In this document: positions 49,157 to 58,200 of the stretch, in pieces
Layout of the letters: each line of letters opens with the position of its first letter
Position numbering within the stretch: position 1 is the stretch's first letter
Source: a virus
Lineage: Duplodnaviria > Caudoviricetes
Length of the DNA: 64,000 nucleotides
Virus record (IMG/VR): IMGVR_UViG_3300032305_002766
Coordinates: 1 to 64,000 of that record
Direction: 5' to 3' (one strand)
Translations under genes and position numbers: made by a program
The notes under the pieces: model-generated
What the model was told of the DNA's origin: nothing
What the model saw: the letters and a program-made list of their open reading frames with translations, nothing else
Database searches by the model: none

Positions 49157-49522
49157 TTATTTAAGCTTTTGGATTTTTTCTTTTGCAGCTGCTTTCTTTT
49201 CTTCAATATCTTTTTTAGCACCACGGAAAGCTTCCATTGCCTCTTCCATTTCTTTAAGCTGCGATTCATATTCCATGAAAGCTTCATTAGCATGACGATT
49301 AGCCTCAGAGCGGTTTTTATAAACACCTTTAGTTTCCTCCATTTTGATTTCGTCAAATACAGTAGCTTCGCAAACCATTCCTTCTTTAGTCATACCTTTA
49401 CCAGGTTTTTTAACTACGAAAAATTTACCAATTTCATCTACTACAGTTGGACTATCCTCTTCTTTAATGGATTTTTTATCTTTTTTTTCTTCTACTTCTT
49501 TAAGTAAGTCTAATAATTTCAT
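49157..49522 (-). CDS. Putative internal head protein (MKLLDLLKE leader)
   Basis: K/E-rich 121 aa. Confidence 0.5.
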   Translation of the reverse strand: MKLLDLLKEVEEKKDKKSIKEEDSPTVVDEIGKFFVVKKPGKGMTKEGMVCEATVFDEIKMEETKGVYKNRSEANRHANEAFMEYESQLKEMEEAMEAFRGAKKDIEEKKAAAKEKIQKLK

Positions 49523-49620
49523 AATTATATAGTTTTGTTCGGATGATAAATACTTAATAATTTTGTTTCTTATCGTTTATTTTTACATTTTTTAATTAAT
49601 TCATATAAATGATATAATAA

Positions 49621-49643
49621 ATGCCACTCAATTTGAATGGCAT
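49621..49643. terminator. Hairpin after the exonuclease gene (weak terminator candidate)
   Basis: atgccactca / tgaatggcat, 9 of 10 pairs; U-tract poor. Confidence 0.35.
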
Positions 49644-49704
49644 TCTATAAAAATGTGATAAATATTTATAAAAACGTTTTGTTTCAATTGTTTCCGCTAT
49701 ATTT

Positions 49705-50475
49705 TTATTGTTCTTTTTTCACTTGTGTTTTGAATTCTGTAAATACAGGTGCTTCGTTTGGATTTTCTAAATCGAATAAACGTTTTACTGTTTTAAAGAT
49801 TTCAATGTTTTCTTCTTGTGTGCGAGATGGTAAAATCATTTCCCATCCTTTACCTTGCATTTTTTCTTTATTAGGTTTACGTTTAGAAGATTTTAACCAT
49901 AAAATACCTACACGATCAGGTTTAACACCAAAGCATTCTTCATAACAATGAGCATAAATTGCTGCTTGTAATTCATATATTGTTTGCATATGATTTGATG
50001 TTTTATGGTCAATAATCCATAAATCATTATTAATTTTACAAACTAAATCTGTTGTTCCTGCTACTTTAAGTTCGTCTGAAAATAAATGAATTTCTTGGTC
50101 TATTAATTCAGGTTGATTAGTTTCCCAAAAATCAACAAAACGTAAGAACATTTGCCAAATATTAGGATCATATTGAGGATTACCCCATTCATTTAAAAAG
50201 TTCATTTCTTTACCTTCTAAATATTCTTCAATCATTTCGTGTACCTTAGTTCCATCTTCTGCTGCTTTACGAACAATGTAATCGGCTGATCGACCCATAT
50301 TTTTAAGCCATTCTTCAAAGTGTTTACCTTTAGGATAACAACTTAAAACATGTGTAATTGATGGATAATATTCTCCGTTTCGTCTGTAGTATCTAGAATC
50401 TGGGAGGGTAATTTGTTTGTGATCCTCCGAAATTTCTAAAATTCGATTGTTAACGGATTTAATAATTTTTTTCAT
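49705..50475 (-). CDS. PD-(D/E)XK exonuclease (lambda-exo/Cas4-like)
   Basis: YPSITHVL, GTKVHEMIE, AGTTDL, IIDHKTS, YELQAAIY. Confidence 0.85.
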   Translation of the reverse strand: MKKIIKSVNNRILEISEDHKQITLPDSRYYRRNGEYYPSITHVLSCYPKGKHFEEWLKNMGRSADYIVRKAAEDGTKVHEMIEEYLEGKEMNFLNEWGNPQYDPNIWQMFLRFVDFWETNQPELIDQEIHLFSDELKVAGTTDLVCKINNDLWIIDHKTSNHMQTIYELQAAIYAHCYEECFGVKPDRVGILWLKSSKRKPNKEKMQGKGWEMILPSRTQEENIEIFKTVKRLFDLENPNEAPVFTEFKTQVKKEQ

Positions 50476-51401
50476 AGAAATAATTTTTTCTCAAGTAAAC
50501 CGGAAAATGTTAAGGGGTAGGTTTCTTGAATTAGTTTAGTGAAATTTTTGAAACCCATTTCACTCGGGTCTTTATCTTGCATATCTACAAGATAAACTTC
50601 TTTTCCTTCTTTCATAAGTTGCTCGCAAAAATTTAAGGCTTGTTTTTGAGCATCTTTATCTAAGGCAATGTATATTTTATCAACTGTTGATTTTACTATT
50701 TTTTTCATTAAATTAGATTGAATGTTTTTTCCAAGTAAAGGAATAACATTACGTTTAATAGCAATAGCATCAAATGGACCCTCACATAATATAAGAGGTA
50801 AATCCCAATTTACAAATAGTTCAAAAGGTATAATATCACGAGAAACTGATGGGTTTCTATATTTTACAGATGGTTCTTTTTCAAATGAACGTCCTGTAAA
50901 GTAATTTATAGTTCCATTTTCATCAAATGAGGGAATTATAACCATATTAGCGTATCTTCCTGTCTCACAATATCCAATCCCATATTTTAAAATATCTTCT
51001 TCGGTAATACCTCGAGATTTGATATACGAAAGAGCATGTCTTCCTATGATGTTGGATTTTTGAATATCTGTTAAAGGTTTAAATTCTTTTGGAAGTTGTA
51101 ATTTATGTTCAATCTGAATATGGGTTTCAGGTCCTACATACTTTACTAAAACTTTTAATTCAGATATTTTATCTTGAGAAACGGATGCTGATTTGAATAA
51201 TTGGTAAAGTTTTTTACCTTTTTTATCACAAACCCAGCAATGCCAAGGATTTTCTCCTTTAGCATTTTCAGTCATATTGATTTCTAGTTTAGGTTTATGG
51301 TGATTACATAAAGGACAATGGTAAGCATAATTACCACGAGCCGTTTGTTTACCAGAACCAAGCACAGAATTAGTCAGTGCTACTAGAGATTGATTTATCA
51401 T
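50472..51401 (-). CDS. DNA primase (Zn-binding + TOPRIM)
   Basis: CPLC...HCWVC; LCEGPFDA; ALDKDA. Confidence 0.85.
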   Translation of the reverse strand: MINQSLVALTNSVLGSGKQTARGNYAYHCPLCNHHKPKLEINMTENAKGENPWHCWVCDKKGKKLYQLFKSASVSQDKISELKVLVKYVGPETHIQIEHKLQLPKEFKPLTDIQKSNIIGRHALSYIKSRGITEEDILKYGIGYCETGRYANMVIIPSFDENGTINYFTGRSFEKEPSVKYRNPSVSRDIIPFELFVNWDLPLILCEGPFDAIAIKRNVIPLLGKNIQSNLMKKIVKSTVDKIYIALDKDAQKQALNFCEQLMKEGKEVYLVDMQDKDPSEMGFKNFTKLIQETYPLTFSGLLEKKLFL

Positions 51402-51405
51402 AATG

Positions 51406-51437
51406 ATAATATACTAATTCTCTTTTGCTACTCCAAA
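51406..51437 (-). promoter_or_regulatory. Class A promoter TTTG-N20-TATATTAT, 4 nt before the primase ATG
   Basis: Same 20-nt spacer; lies over the 3' end of the SegE-like gene. Confidence 0.65.
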
Positions 51438-51875
51438 GTCACGTGCGAAAAATTTTCCTAAAATATTGTCGTTAAAATAAGATTCGGGATATTCTAAAAC
51501 ACCCATCATAAAAAGATACTTACATTCGTAATAAGTCAATAATTTTTTATTATTAACTACTTTAAGAATTTCACGTTTAAATTCGTCTTGTTTGTCTTCC
51601 TTGATGATTTCTAGTACAGGTTTAGCAGAACCAAAATATGTTTTCCAATCGCTTTCTTTTTGAACTACTTTAGTAGTAGGTTTACGACCAGGTCCGGTTT
51701 GTTCAGCTAATTCTTTTTTAGTGAGTTTTTTCTTTATATTATGATATAAAGATTTTTTTCCAATATATGCTTTCCCACTTGGTATATGAGTAGTTACATA
51801 TATAAAACCAAAAGCATCTTGAGGTAAATCCTCTAGGGAATTTACCTCTTTATTTTGATATAACCAATTTTTCAT
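51414..51875 (-). CDS. SegE-like GIY-YIG family protein
   Basis: GFIY...AYIGKK...ESDWKTYFGS. Confidence 0.7.
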   Translation of the reverse strand: MKNWLYQNKEVNSLEDLPQDAFGFIYVTTHIPSGKAYIGKKSLYHNIKKKLTKKELAEQTGPGRKPTTKVVQKESDWKTYFGSAKPVLEIIKEDKQDEFKREILKVVNNKKLLTYYECKYLFMMGVLEYPESYFNDNILGKFFARDFGVAKEN

Positions 51876-51880
51876 AATTT

Positions 51881-52417
51881 TTATACTTTTATATATCCTG
51901 TATAAATTACATTACCCATATATGTAGAAGTATCATCGAAAAATTCTAAATAACCTCCATTAATTGTTGCTTTAATTGGAGGACCTGGATCGTCTACAGA
52001 GTTTGCTGTTACCCAAATATCGGTTCCTAAAGTTGTTGGAGTAGGTGCGGGAGAGAATGAATTTAAAGAAATAGAAGCAGATGTGGTAGAACCTCCCCCA
52101 AAAGTGGCAAATCCTGCAATTAAATACATTAGTCGTGGTGAATCTCCTTGAGGGATAACATTTATGGTACCTAATGTAGAAGAGGCATTTAAAGAAAAAG
52201 AGGCTGTTACAGCACGTGATGAACTTATTGCAAAAGAGGCTGTTACAGCACGTGATGAACTTATTGCAAAAGAGGCTGAGGTTGCTGAACCTGTTAAACT
52301 ACCACTAATGGAAACATCATATCCTCCATTTGATGTTAAGGCTGAATATAGTTGTAGGATATCATTTGGTTGGATTGTATTTCCGTTTACAATGTTGGAA
52401 TTATTTAAAGTTGCCAT
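51881..52417 (-). CDS. Small S/T-rich tail/baseplate protein
   Basis: 178 aa with ASFA motifs shared with the fibres. Confidence 0.5.
   Translation of the reverse strand: MATLNNSNIVNGNTIQPNDILQLYSALTSNGGYDVSISGSLTGSATSASFAISSSRAVTASFAISSSRAVTASFSLNASSTLGTINVIPQGDSPRLMYLIAGFATFGGGSTTSASISLNSFSPAPTPTTLGTDIWVTANSVDDPGPPIKATINGGYLEFFDDTSTYMGNVIYTGYIKV
52196..52278. repeat. Exact 36-nt tandem duplication (ASFAISSSRAVT x2 plus partial)
   Basis: aaaagaggctgttacagcacgtgatgaacttattgc at 52196-52231 and 52232-52267. Confidence 0.95.
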
Positions 52418-52419
52418 GG

Positions 52420-53448
52420 TTATCTATCTAGATTAATTAATATTGTTGTATCGGTTGTAGGGGATAAAGGTAAAGGTTGTGCTAATTTACCTATAGCTAT
52501 TAAATTTTGATTGTCATCATATAACCCTACTGTTGTAATATAAGGATTAAAATACGAAGCAGTTGCAAAACTATATAGATATTGTCCCGGTGTAAAAAAA
52601 GTACCATTTGAGGCACTAATTTGAGTACTTCCTGAGGAGATACTTGGGTTTAGGGTAAAATTGTATTCATTATCTCTAATAGTACATTTATATTGAGTTT
52701 CATATATTGTAAGAGATGAAGAAAATGAACAAGTTACATTTGATGAAGTGACAAAAGCATTAGTAATTTGTACATTTCCACCTCCATATAAACTACTACC
52801 ATATGTTGCGGATCCATAACCATTTAGTCCTGGGTTGCTATCACTAGTAATTACTGCTAAACCGTGAGGATAAAATATTTGACCACAAATTTCTCCTGAT
52901 GATGATAAAATTAAATTTCCATTTGCATCATCATATATTGATCCACTTACAGAACCACTAACCATATTCCATATAAATGAACCGGGTTGGATATAATTTC
53001 CATATAATTTAGATGGAACTGACATTACTCCTATTACTGAACCTGAACCTGTTGGGAAATATTTTTCAAAAGTTAAAGTTGTTTGATTATAATTAAAATA
53101 TCTTCCACTTGAATCACTAGATCCTATATAAACATTTCCTTCAGGATTATTACCGGGGAATAAACTTTGGGTGGTAGCAGGACTACCATAACTAGAACTT
53201 AAATAATTTGAATAATATAATTCTTGAATTGAACTATAAATTAATCTCTGATATTGAGTGGATACTTGTCCTGTTGTAGGATCTGTATTTGGATTAAATA
53301 GAGTTCCTGAAAGGTTTGTTCCTATAAATCTATCAATTCCAACAATAGATCCTGTTAGTTGATTAGCTCCAGTAAAAGTAAAACTCTTATTTACCTCAAA
53401 AGGGGTAACAATTATATCAGATGAAAGAAATTGTTTGTATGCACTCAT
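52420..53448 (-). CDS. Baseplate/tail structural protein
   Basis: C-terminal YITTVGLYDDNQNLIAIGKL, paralogous to the next gene. Confidence 0.6.
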   Translation of the reverse strand: MSAYKQFLSSDIIVTPFEVNKSFTFTGANQLTGSIVGIDRFIGTNLSGTLFNPNTDPTTGQVSTQYQRLIYSSIQELYYSNYLSSSYGSPATTQSLFPGNNPEGNVYIGSSDSSGRYFNYNQTTLTFEKYFPTGSGSVIGVMSVPSKLYGNYIQPGSFIWNMVSGSVSGSIYDDANGNLILSSSGEICGQIFYPHGLAVITSDSNPGLNGYGSATYGSSLYGGGNVQITNAFVTSSNVTCSFSSSLTIYETQYKCTIRDNEYNFTLNPSISSGSTQISASNGTFFTPGQYLYSFATASYFNPYITTVGLYDDNQNLIAIGKLAQPLPLSPTTDTTILINLDR

Positions 53449-53453
53449 TCATT

Positions 53454-54506
53454 TTAGAAATCTAGCTTAACGCGAACTAATGCTTCTTTTGTAAAGTCTT
53501 TAGGTAAAGGTCTTGACAATTTAGCAACCGCTAATAATTGGTTAGTATCGTTGTATAATCCTATAGTTGTGATATAAGTTGTAGGATTATTAATAAAACT
53601 ACTATATAATACCTCACCAGTTGAACCTGAAATAAATGATGGGTTTTCTGAATAATTAAATTCTGATGTTCTTGGTCTTACAAATATATAATCGGAAGTT
53701 ATTGATTCTTGAGAATTAATAAAGAAATCAGCAGATGGAGCTAAATTAGCTAAAGATGAACTTAGAGATACAAATAATGATTGATTTGGACTAACATTAG
53801 GAGCAGCTGAAGCGGTTGCTGATCCACTATATAAAAAACCAATACCTCCACTAATTGCCGGAGCAGCTAATGCCTTAGGGTTTAATAAAATAGTTCCAAT
53901 ATCTGGGAGTAACCATCCATAAGAACCTGAGTTCGCTGAATACCCATCAGCTGTATTTCTTGATGAAATTGTTGCTCTAGTACCTGTTGAACCTGTAATT
54001 AATTGAAATACTCTACCAGCTTCTGTAAATTGAACTGATGTTACATAACTACTATTATCGGTTATAGTAACAGAACCACCTGAACCTGAAAGGGTTAATG
54101 AAAGAGATCCTAAAAATAATGAATCTTTATATCTTGCTCTCTCAAAAGTTAAAGCATAAAATTCAGATGATGTAATAGCACCAAAAGTAAAATTAGTATT
54201 TTCATCACCAATTACTAAATCTTGCCATTGACCATAAATTGTTGATGTTGGTGATTTTCCGTTTACAGCAATATTGTAATTTAAACTACCACTTCCATCT
54301 GAATTTCCATAAGCTATTGCAAATTGGACAGATTGAGTTGTAGCGGTATCATATACATTAGTATAAAAAGCTCCATTAGAGCTATTAACTTGTGCGGATG
54401 ATGAAAAAACGGATGCTAATGATGGAGCATCAGTGGACCACAGAGTTGAAGAAATAGCATCTGTGCTTACTACGAAATCGTCTGTTTCTAATCTTTTAAA
54501 TGACAT
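53454..54506 (-). CDS. Baseplate/tail structural protein
   Basis: C-terminal YITTIGLYNDTNQLLAVAKL. Confidence 0.6.
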   Translation of the reverse strand: MSFKRLETDDFVVSTDAISSTLWSTDAPSLASVFSSSAQVNSSNGAFYTNVYDTATTQSVQFAIAYGNSDGSGSLNYNIAVNGKSPTSTIYGQWQDLVIGDENTNFTFGAITSSEFYALTFERARYKDSLFLGSLSLTLSGSGGSVTITDNSSYVTSVQFTEAGRVFQLITGSTGTRATISSRNTADGYSANSGSYGWLLPDIGTILLNPKALAAPAISGGIGFLYSGSATASAAPNVSPNQSLFVSLSSSLANLAPSADFFINSQESITSDYIFVRPRTSEFNYSENPSFISGSTGEVLYSSFINNPTTYITTIGLYNDTNQLLAVAKLSRPLPKDFTKEALVRVKLDF

Positions 54507-54516
54507 AATCTATATA

Positions 54517-55179
54517 TTAAGATACTTGAGTTACTGTTACAGGGATTGTTAAACGAGCACCTGAATCTCTACCTTCTACAGTTAATGTAGCTTGTAATTG
54601 ATTATTTGAACCAAACAATGTATTCACTGTTGTTGCTCTTAAGTTAATTGTACTACCAACAACTGTTTTAGATACGGATGTACCTAGTGTTTGTGTTTGG
54701 TTTGATAAATTAAGTGCCTGTACAGCTGGTGTGTTAATACCAATACCTTCAAATGTACTAAATAAACGAACATCTGAGATTGTTGCTGTATAACCTGCTG
54801 TTTCATAAGTATTCCCACCTAAATAATTTAATGTTTGAGGTGTGATTGCTAATGAAGCACCTTGTTTAATTATAATTGCACTGTAACCTAAATCAAGGAT
54901 AGGCATTTTAGCAGTTCCACGAGGTAAAGTAACTAATTTATATTTCATTACTTGTGTTGCTTGCGGAAATGCTTCTAATAAAGGCATGTTTTGGATAGCT
55001 TCACCATAATATGCAGAACCTGAGGGATGATTTGGATTATAAAGTGTATAATCTATTTCATCATCAGCTAAAGCAAATTGAGTGATTCTAAATTGACCAT
55101 CATTTTGTGCTAGTAACTGGCGTCCTGTATCTGTAAGGATTGCATCTATTGTTACTACGCTGTTATTTAAATATCCCAT
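54517..55179 (-). CDS. Baseplate/tail structural protein
   Basis: IDAILTDTGRQLLA...FALADDEIDY; structural context. Confidence 0.55.
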   Translation of the reverse strand: MGYLNNSVVTIDAILTDTGRQLLAQNDGQFRITQFALADDEIDYTLYNPNHPSGSAYYGEAIQNMPLLEAFPQATQVMKYKLVTLPRGTAKMPILDLGYSAIIIKQGASLAITPQTLNYLGGNTYETAGYTATISDVRLFSTFEGIGINTPAVQALNLSNQTQTLGTSVSKTVVGSTINLRATTVNTLFGSNNQLQATLTVEGRDSGARLTIPVTVTQVS

Positions 55180-55227
55180 TTGTTTTTATTGTTATATGTT
55201 ATAAATATATAATTTTATTATTTTTTA

Positions 55228-58200
55228 TTAAATATTTGAAAAGAATCCAACAGATTGTGCTATTCCTAATAAACTACCTGTATATTGTGGGTTAAAATTT
55301 CCTGGGACTAGTAATCCATTAATGTTTCCAGTAGGTGTTATAAAAGACCCAGTAGCTAAAAGAACTAGATTTTCATTTGGTTTTCCAAATACATTTTGAA
55401 ATGTATAAGAACCAGTAGCGTTTAGATCAGGAGCTACACCGGTTGAAAATACTTGATAATTTTGAAAACTTCCTGAAAATACATTAACATTGCTTCCTGA
55501 AAAAGAATATTGGCGGATTGATACTGGAGTATCCATGGATGAAGTACCCATTGGGGTACCTAAATATCCTGAGAATATATTTGAGGGAAATATTGAATTT
55601 AATATAGGAATGTTACTTGTTAAAGGATTTACTTTATTATCTAAAGCCCCAGTTAAACTCGATGATGGAATAATATTATTTGTTGAACTTAAATCAATTC
55701 TATTACCATCTATACTAATTAATGAAGTAATACGAACTACAGAAACACCAGTAAAGGATTGGATTTGTGAACCACCAATGAATATTTTATAAGCTACAAG
55801 TGAAGGACTTATATTATCAAAATACGCAAACCAATTACAATAATCTTCAACATTTGCTACTGCTCCTATTGAACTTCCGGAAATCATAGGTTGATTAACA
55901 TATAATTGAGATATAGATCCTGTTGGAGATGTTGTTGTACTTCCATTATATCTTGGATTAGCACTTCTAGCTATAGTATAATTTGAAGCCGGGACTGTTG
56001 CTGGTGTTGCACTACCTGATCCTCTAGATGCTGAAATAATTGTATTAAAATTTACTGCAGTAATAGCATTTGATGAAAAATCTACATCAAAAAATTCTTC
56101 ATTTGGACGAGATATAATAATATTATTTACTAATGGGTTGAATGATGAATAATTATATCCATTTGCCTCATTTAAAAATGGATCTAAAGTTACAGCTGTA
56201 TCTGAGGTAATGGAATTATACGCATAAGGATCACCAAAGTTATAAGGGGAAAAAATTGTAGTTGTTGATACTGTTCCTCCAACAAATTGAATTTTATAAA
56301 CTGTTTGAGATTCGGGAGAAATGGAAGCAATAGTCCCTGTTACTGTTACGGTATATGGAGTCGCATTTACACTAAAGGCTACTGGAAGAGTAATTTTATC
56401 CCCAGCCCTTAAATTAGATAAAGCTGCTTCTATATTTAATGCATTTTCATCAATTTCATTTATATATAAAGTACTTACATATAAATAATAATTAGAACCA
56501 TTATATCCAATACTTATTTGCCAAAAAATTTGACCAGCACCTGGGGTTGTTAAGGAAGATCCGAAAATAGTATATTCTGATAATTGAGTGGGGGCCATTT
56601 TATATGGATTATCCTCATTTAATTCCCCATTTTCTACCTCTAAAATAGATCCACTTAATTCACCATCGAAAAATTCAATTTGACTTGATTGAGTAAAAGC
56701 AACTGAACCTGAAAGTGAAGGGGTAGTACCACTCCAACTTTGAGTAATATTAACTACGTTATTTCCTGTATATTGAGATGAAGTTAATCCAAATAAATTA
56801 GGCATTGTACCTCCAGTTCCTCCATTAATTTCATACATTTGAATTGGTGAGCCTGTGATTTCTAGGTTTTGAAATACAAAAGGAGAATTCCATGTAGGAG
56901 GAGGTGTACTACCACTTCCATAATATGAAGTAGTTGTATAAGTATCTACTTGTGGAACAGGATATTTGTTTCTCTCAAGTAAATGTTGTTTAATTACAAT
57001 ACCCGTAGCTAATGATGTTCTAGCAGGTACATAATCTTTAATCATTTTAAATAAGGCATTATCATAATATTGAATTATTCTAATGTAATCCCAAATATTG
57101 TAATTTGATGTATATTTTTTAAAATATTCTTCACTTAAAATATCCAGTTCAGGATATGTTTGAGCTGAGGTGGAAACTAATCTTGGATCACCAATATAGT
57201 TACCAATATTAAAATATCCTATTTGTGAATTTATATCCTCGTTTATTTCATTTTGAGGGGATAAAGCTACTTCTGTATAGTTAATATCATTAGTATAACT
57301 TTGACTTATAGGATAATTTTGTTGTATTGAAATAAATGGAGAAAGGACTTTATTTGTAGGTAAATTTACTTCTTCACTTCCACTATAAGGTAATACTCCA
57401 TTAATTTGAGTAATTTTTTCAGTAACAATATTTTTTATTCCTACTGGTACTTGATCAAAGTAAATATATTCGTAATTATTTACAAAACTTGATGTATTAC
57501 TTATATAAAAATTACTATCATTAGAAATAAAGGATGAAGCTGTTATCCAGGATCCCGTTACTTTAGGGTGGATTGATTTAGAACCTGTATATAATTCTCC
57601 ACCTAAGGGGGCTCTAAATGCTAATTCATTTGGGGATGAATTTATTCCCCCTGCTCCTTCGGTTGAATAAGGATTCATAATATAATCCTTAAATACACTA
57701 GAGTTTAGTATAGTATCATAATATCTAATTTCTTGGTAAGAACCACTAAACATCTTACCTAAAGAGGAATTTGCAGTAGCCGGAAAATAACTATATACAC
57801 TATCTGTCCAAGCAGCTTCATTTGCCGTTACCGATGAACTAGCTAAAAAGTTATATTCATTATAATTCCCCCCAGGAGTTACTTTATCTCCAGCGTATAA
57901 TATAAAATCTCCAGAATTAACATCAGCTGTAACCATTACACTCCACCAATTACCATTAAAAAAAGGTAAGTAAACACTTGCTGATGTTGAAATAGCACTT
58001 GTATCTGGGATTAGATCTAAAAGAGCATATTGGTAGGAAGAACTTGGAATTGAACCTGAATAGGAACCACTTGTATAGCCTGAACCTGTATATCTTAGAC
58101 GAATAGCTGAGCTTATATTATTTGTCCATAAACTTTGAGAATAATATCCACCATTAGTAGGAACCCCGTTAGTTTTAAATCTAAATTGTATACTTGCGGG

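Larger units (their letters stand above)
1820..55207 (-). promoter_or_regulatory. Class B (putative late) motif TATTTATA and variants at 1820, 4851, 10411, 17189, 19612, 20249, 23503, 25992, 27696, 29626, 32499, 42770, 49545, 55200
   Basis: 8-mer in nearly every short intergenic gap, mostly 4-28 nt upstream of structural-gene starts. Confidence 0.65.

Noticed and set aside
23397-49704. tRNA or other known ncRNA in the three larger gaps
   Set aside because: No cloverleaf or T-loop consensus seen; gaps are accounted for by terminators and promoter motifs.
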